DNA of 64,000 nucleotides from Phyllosticta citribraziliensis (Eukaryota): NCBI RefSeq assembly GCF_038025025.1, contig NW_027117338.1, positions 2,976,001 to 3,040,000 of the forward strand, read 5' to 3'. Shown piece by piece: positions 59,901 to 64,000 of this stretch (position 1 is its first letter; each line of letters starts with the position of its first letter). The notes under the pieces were generated by a model. It saw only the letters and a program-made list of their open reading frames with translations, ran no database searches and was not told where the DNA came from. The position numbers and the translations under genes were made by a program.

Positions 59901-61701
59901 CCTTCGACAGCTTGGCTGGAATCGACTGGCGGCAACGGGACTGATGACGTTTCGAGGACTTGCTTTGTCCGAGCTTCGATCCGAGCTAGTCTTCCAGCAG
60001 AGAGTACAGAGATTTGCGATTGTGCTACGCGGGTGTCGATAGAAGACGGATCTGGCAAATTCATTGGCGGCTGATTGCTATCTTGCTGGCTTTGACGGTG
60101 TGGTTGAGAATCAGCGACGGCAACGACATCTTCTCCACCAACGGGATTGTTGTAATTGTGCAGTCTTGCTTTCTCCTGGCTCGCCCGTGTCGTTGGACTA
60201 TCGTTGATATTCTCCTGTGATGTTCTGACTCCGCGCGAAGAAGACTTGGGCACCTGGACCTTGGTCTGCGAAACGAGGGTCCGTTCCAACGTTGGTGGCT
60301 CGGAAACCAACTCGTCCTCGGAATCATCAGACAAACCGACATCATCGGAAATTTCAACGACGTCTTGCTTGACCCTGGCATGAATAGGCGTAAAGAGAGC
60401 CGTGTCGCTTTTGGTTGTGCCAAAGGGTTTTCTCCGACGGGCTCGTAAGCCGTCGCCCGACACGCCAACAGAAGCATCGCACTTTGCAGCCAGCTCGCCG
60501 ATTTGCCTCTCGAGCGCCTTTTGCTCAGCTTTGCGTTGTTCATCTGCCAGCTCGTCCTCATACTCGTCGCTGTCTTGTGCCTTTAGTCGTTGCAGCTTCT
60601 GCTCAAGTTCGGCCTTTCTCTGTCGGTATCGTGTCTCTCGGGACTCCTTTATGGGCATGTACGTGTCTCTGGGCTCCGATGCTGCACGGGATGCATCGCT
60701 GCGCATCATTTTGGTCGGCGAAGAAAGGGCGGCGGCATCGGAGTCGAAACGCATGTTGATATTGGGAGAAGGGCGCACTGGGTCGGATCTGGCACCGTCT
60801 ATCTGGGGGGACGTGAGTTCCTGGGTGTTGGAGAACGCCTGGGACAACGACAAGGTCGGGACGCCCGTCCCATTATTGAAGAGTCCCGATGTTGCAATTG
60901 CGGAGCCAGGCGTCTTGGTAGCGGACGTAGCAACTACCTCGCCGCCATTATCACGTTTTCTGAGCCCCAGTGCTGGTGTCTGGGGCGGAAGAGAATGAGT
61001 CGGATGAGAGGTTTGATCTGTGCGAAATGGGCTGTCGCTCATGAGGCCCTCGCTATACGAGACTTGAGTGGTATTTCGCGTCTCATTGTCTTGTTGAAGA
61101 TCGACAAAGTCGGAAAACAAGTCGACATGGCCAGTGTCGCCCTCTCGGTAGGTTTCGGGAGGGTAACTGTCGCCGTTGTATGAATCGGGCAACGCGACGT
61201 GTGTCTTTGCGTACTCCTTGTAAATCTGCGAGTCCATCGGCTGGGTGTCTCCCCCATCGAAAGCGGCAAAGGTGTGATTCATTTTGAGAAAATTGAGCGA
61301 AGCGTTGGAGGTGGGAATGGGGTAGGTGCGCGTGGGCGTGAGACGGGGTATGGGGTGGATGGTCAGGGCGGAGGAGCGGCAGTGGGCTCGCCGGTCATGG
61401 CGCGATGAGATTGGCGATGGGCGAGCAGACCTGGAGGGCGAAGTTGTGTCGAAGGCGTGAGATGACACGGCGTCGTCGGGCGGCCACTGTTCGGAAATCT
61501 GTCGAGGGAAGTTAGTCGTCAACTTTAACGTGGACCGTACCTTGCCGATGGGTGCGCAGATCAACGCGTCCGCGGTCGGCGCGCCCTCCCGGCGACCAGG
61601 GTAAGTGCAAGGTGTCGCGTCGCGCAAGAGAGACCAACCTCGAATTTGATCTCGTCCATCCGCTGCGTGTCCAGCGAGTCTTGGAAAACGGGCGACGCCA
61701 T
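56975..61701 (-). CDS. rad9: DNA-damage checkpoint mediator Rad9/Crb2 (53BP1-like)
   Basis: SQ/TQ clusters (DTQPMDSQ, LSLSQAFSNTQ), tandem Tudor (VLARFKG..YYPATC..RFDDG), BRCT (GLFAGMAF..NGGQVL..SRRTKYIQALAL..PCLSHHWL); exon 1 61701-61639, intron 61499-61638. Confidence 0.9.
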
Positions 61702-62688
61702 GATTGAGTCTGCAAAGGAACTTTTGGAGTTGAAAGAAGAGGTCACCGAGGCAAAGAAGGGCAGAGGCAAGGCTGCTGGGCTGAACGCCAGTTCACGTGA
61801 ATGGCGCCATGGTCCGTGCATCACTTAATCATCCACATTGGAACAAGTCCACCCTGGCCAGAGTTGCAGGTCACAAGTCGTGGCCGCAAACATCCAGTCG
61901 ATCCAAAGTCTGGAAATTCGCACTCTACAGAGATTGTAGTCTTCCCTAGGTATGCTGTAGAAAATCTAGCAGGCGCATGGCCGAGAGACAGATGGTCGCA
62001 CTGGCAAACTTCTTTGCTCTGCCAACCAGGATCGGAGAGATCTACCAATGACGTAGGGCTCGGCGAGATTGCAGGGCATCTGGACTGGGCTTGAGATGAG
62101 ATTCCTGGAAACCAAAGAAGATTGACCAAAGACGCGTCCGACAAGACGCTGGATACATTACCTTGGCCGAGCAGGCGGACATGGGCTTACGACGGGCTGG
62201 TCTTGAGCGATCCCTGTCACCAACATAACCACTCAACGTCCTCTCTGTGCCTCCCTCCGTCTCCGCCTCCGCCTCCGCGTCAGCCATTGTGCTGGTGGCG
62301 CGCCGCTGACCACGACGACGATCGACGCCGAGTGACATGACGATCTGAATGGAGTTGGGTGGGTCGCGCCAACCGCTGGACCCTACATCAATCCCACGAC
62401 CCCCTCTGCTTGGCCCTCCTGCCTTCTCACCAAAATCCATCCGCCACCATGCTCACACGCCCGCTTTGCCTGCATCTTCCGCTCGAAAAATAATACTCCC
62501 GCGCCGCATCGACCGATACCACTGCTTTCATCAGCAACAAAATCTCCGCCGCCTTGGTCACATCTTCAGCTCTGTCTTGAATTCAGCCACACACCTACTT
62601 GCGTCGTTAGCGCTGCTCAAACCGACCAACACTTGCTCTTAAATACCGCCCTGCACCCACCGTCGCCGTCCGCAAGCCGAGCGCAACC

Positions 62689-63933
62689 ATGAGCGAACAC
62701 CAAGCAGAGGACCGCAAACAGACGTCGGCGGGTTCGGCCTCGTCGACCAGCTCCATCACCCTGACCCGCCGCCATAATCGCTCGACGCGCACCTTCATCA
62801 TCCATACCCTCGTCCGTCCATTTCGGTATTTTATTCTGAAGCCGGGCAAGCCTTGGCCCGCCGATTCGCCTCAATTGACACCGCACAAGTCTTGCTCAAA
62901 GACATGTAGTGTCAACGAGCGTTTGGTCGCCAGCATCTACATTTACGACATAGAACCGCGCAAGTCGAAAACGACTACGAGCAAGAGGTCGACCAATGCC
63001 GCGGCAGCACATACGAGCGTGACAAAGGAGATTGCGCACGAGGGGGCTCAAGCAGACACTCTACAAAAGAATGAAAAGAGCGGCATTAAGCGGCGGATAT
63101 ACTACATTGCTGGAGGCAGCTGGAAAAAACCGCCTTCCATTGAGCACTGGCAACTTGCCGCCAAGATGGCTTCGGCAGTCCCGCACACTGCCGTCAGTGT
63201 CATCAGCGTGCCGTTGGCCCCGAGAGAGACGGCGCCGACAGCCTTCCCGAAGCTGCTTGCAATGTACGAGCAAGTCATGATCGAATCAAAAGAGAGAGGC
63301 GAGTACGTGATATGGGCCGGAGACAGCAGCGGCGCCAACATCGTGCTGGGTCTGATTGGAGAGGCATTGAGGGTGGGACGGCCAGGGCCGAACGGTACAG
63401 TCCGCACAACGGAAAAGGTCAGCTCGCCTACCCGACAAGCAGAATATATCGAAGAAGAGAAGCAACCGATCAATGATCGGGAGGGCCCGCGACCTCTACT
63501 CGCCCCCTCAGCGCTGTTCCTCATCTGTCCCAGCGTCGACGCGAATCGAGACAATCCGGACATTGCGAAGCTTGAGCGACTGGATCCGGTTCTCAAGGCG
63601 GACGATTCGAAGAAATTCGCTGTTGCTTGGTCGGGCGATTGGTCGGTGAACGATGAGCGAATATCGCCGGCGCTGGAAGGTAGGCCGGGCGATCATGTTG
63701 TGCAACTGTTGCACGAACGAGGAGTCAAGGTACACGGTGTGACGGCTGGATATGACATTTTGAGTCCAGACGGCATCAAGCTAAGAGATAGACTGGAGAA
63801 GGAGGGCGTTCAAGGCAAATGGCTGCATTGGGACAAGCAGATGCATTGCTTCCCGCTGGCGTGGATTTATGGGTTGCCAGAGAGCAAGAAGGGCTTGTTT
63901 TGGATTTTGGACGTGTTGAGCGAAGAGGAGTAA
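62689..63933 (+). CDS. Alpha/beta hydrolase, HSL-like family
   Basis: YIAGGSW oxyanion region, nucleophile elbow GDSSG, DPVL, YDILSPD, QMHCFP. Confidence 0.85.
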   Translation: MSEHQAEDRKQTSAGSASSTSSITLTRRHNRSTRTFIIHTLVRPFRYFILKPGKPWPADSPQLTPHKSCSKTCSVNERLVASIYIYDIEPRKSKTTTSKRSTNAAAAHTSVTKEIAHEGAQADTLQKNEKSGIKRRIYYIAGGSWKKPPSIEHWQLAAKMASAVPHTAVSVISVPLAPRETAPTAFPKLLAMYEQVMIESKERGEYVIWAGDSSGANIVLGLIGEALRVGRPGPNGTVRTTEKVSSPTRQAEYIEEEKQPINDREGPRPLLAPSALFLICPSVDANRDNPDIAKLERLDPVLKADDSKKFAVAWSGDWSVNDERISPALEGRPGDHVVQLLHERGVKVHGVTAGYDILSPDGIKLRDRLEKEGVQGKWLHWDKQMHCFPLAWIYGLPESKKGLFWILDVLSEEE

Positions 63934-64000
63934 CGAGACTGAAACGGAAGAAAGGGAGCAGACCGTCGAGGCTCGGATCCGGGTCTCAAGCATCCGAAAG

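Noticed and set aside
61499..61638. ORF-track start of Rad9 at 61627
   Set aside because: It lies inside an intron (GTTGGT..CTAAC..CAG); exon 1 more plausibly starts at ATG 61701.
6078..61701. Checkpoint/ubiquitin 'cluster' (rad1, rad9/crb2, sgt1, F-box, Kelch-BTB)
   Set aside because: The genes are far apart with unrelated genes between them; compatible with chance in a gene-dense genome.
28190..63933. Possible secondary-metabolite cluster (2OG dioxygenase, CoA ligase, AflY-like oxidase, hydrolase)
   Set aside because: No PKS, NRPS or terpene synthase is present, and the genes are spread over 35 kb among housekeeping genes.

Overview
Gene-dense, intron-containing nuclear DNA from a filamentous ascomycete (Pezizomycotina; probably a Dothideomycete, which is inference). 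About 23 protein-coding genes can be modelled, most with short GT-AG introns and CTRAY branch sites. They include a Zn-dependent dehydrogenase (cut by the window edge), a bZIP factor, Rad1 (9-1-1 clamp), a Kelch-BTB protein, L-arabinitol 4-dehydrogenase, Vps54, an F-box protein, Nrp1/Arp, a 2OG-Fe(II) dioxygenase, WDR89, SdhC, an aftiphilin-like motif-rich protein, a peroxisomal 4CL-like ligase, a divergent HapX, an AflY/questin-oxidase-like enzyme, Sgt1, a DUF1115-like protein, Rad9/Crb2 and an HSL-family hydrolase. Between nrp1 and WDR89 (~25.7-36.2 kb) lies an accessory-looking island. Its best candidate for a new system is a tandem pair of orphan secreted beta-rich paralogues that share an intron position, an X-Pro/X-Ala dipeptide pro-region and a Q-GCGxS motif resembling a cryptic myristoylation/palmitoylation signal; one copy has ATT where its sister has ATG. 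The pair is flanked by apparent gene relics. Other notable items: HapX has only one of the usual two N-proximal Cys clusters, a spliced C-terminal extension and two perfect SreA sites; a dehydrogenase intron ends in CAA instead of CAG but is in frame and stop-free. No tRNA, rRNA, CRISPR or intact transposon was recognised. All homology calls come from motif recognition by eye; no searches were run.
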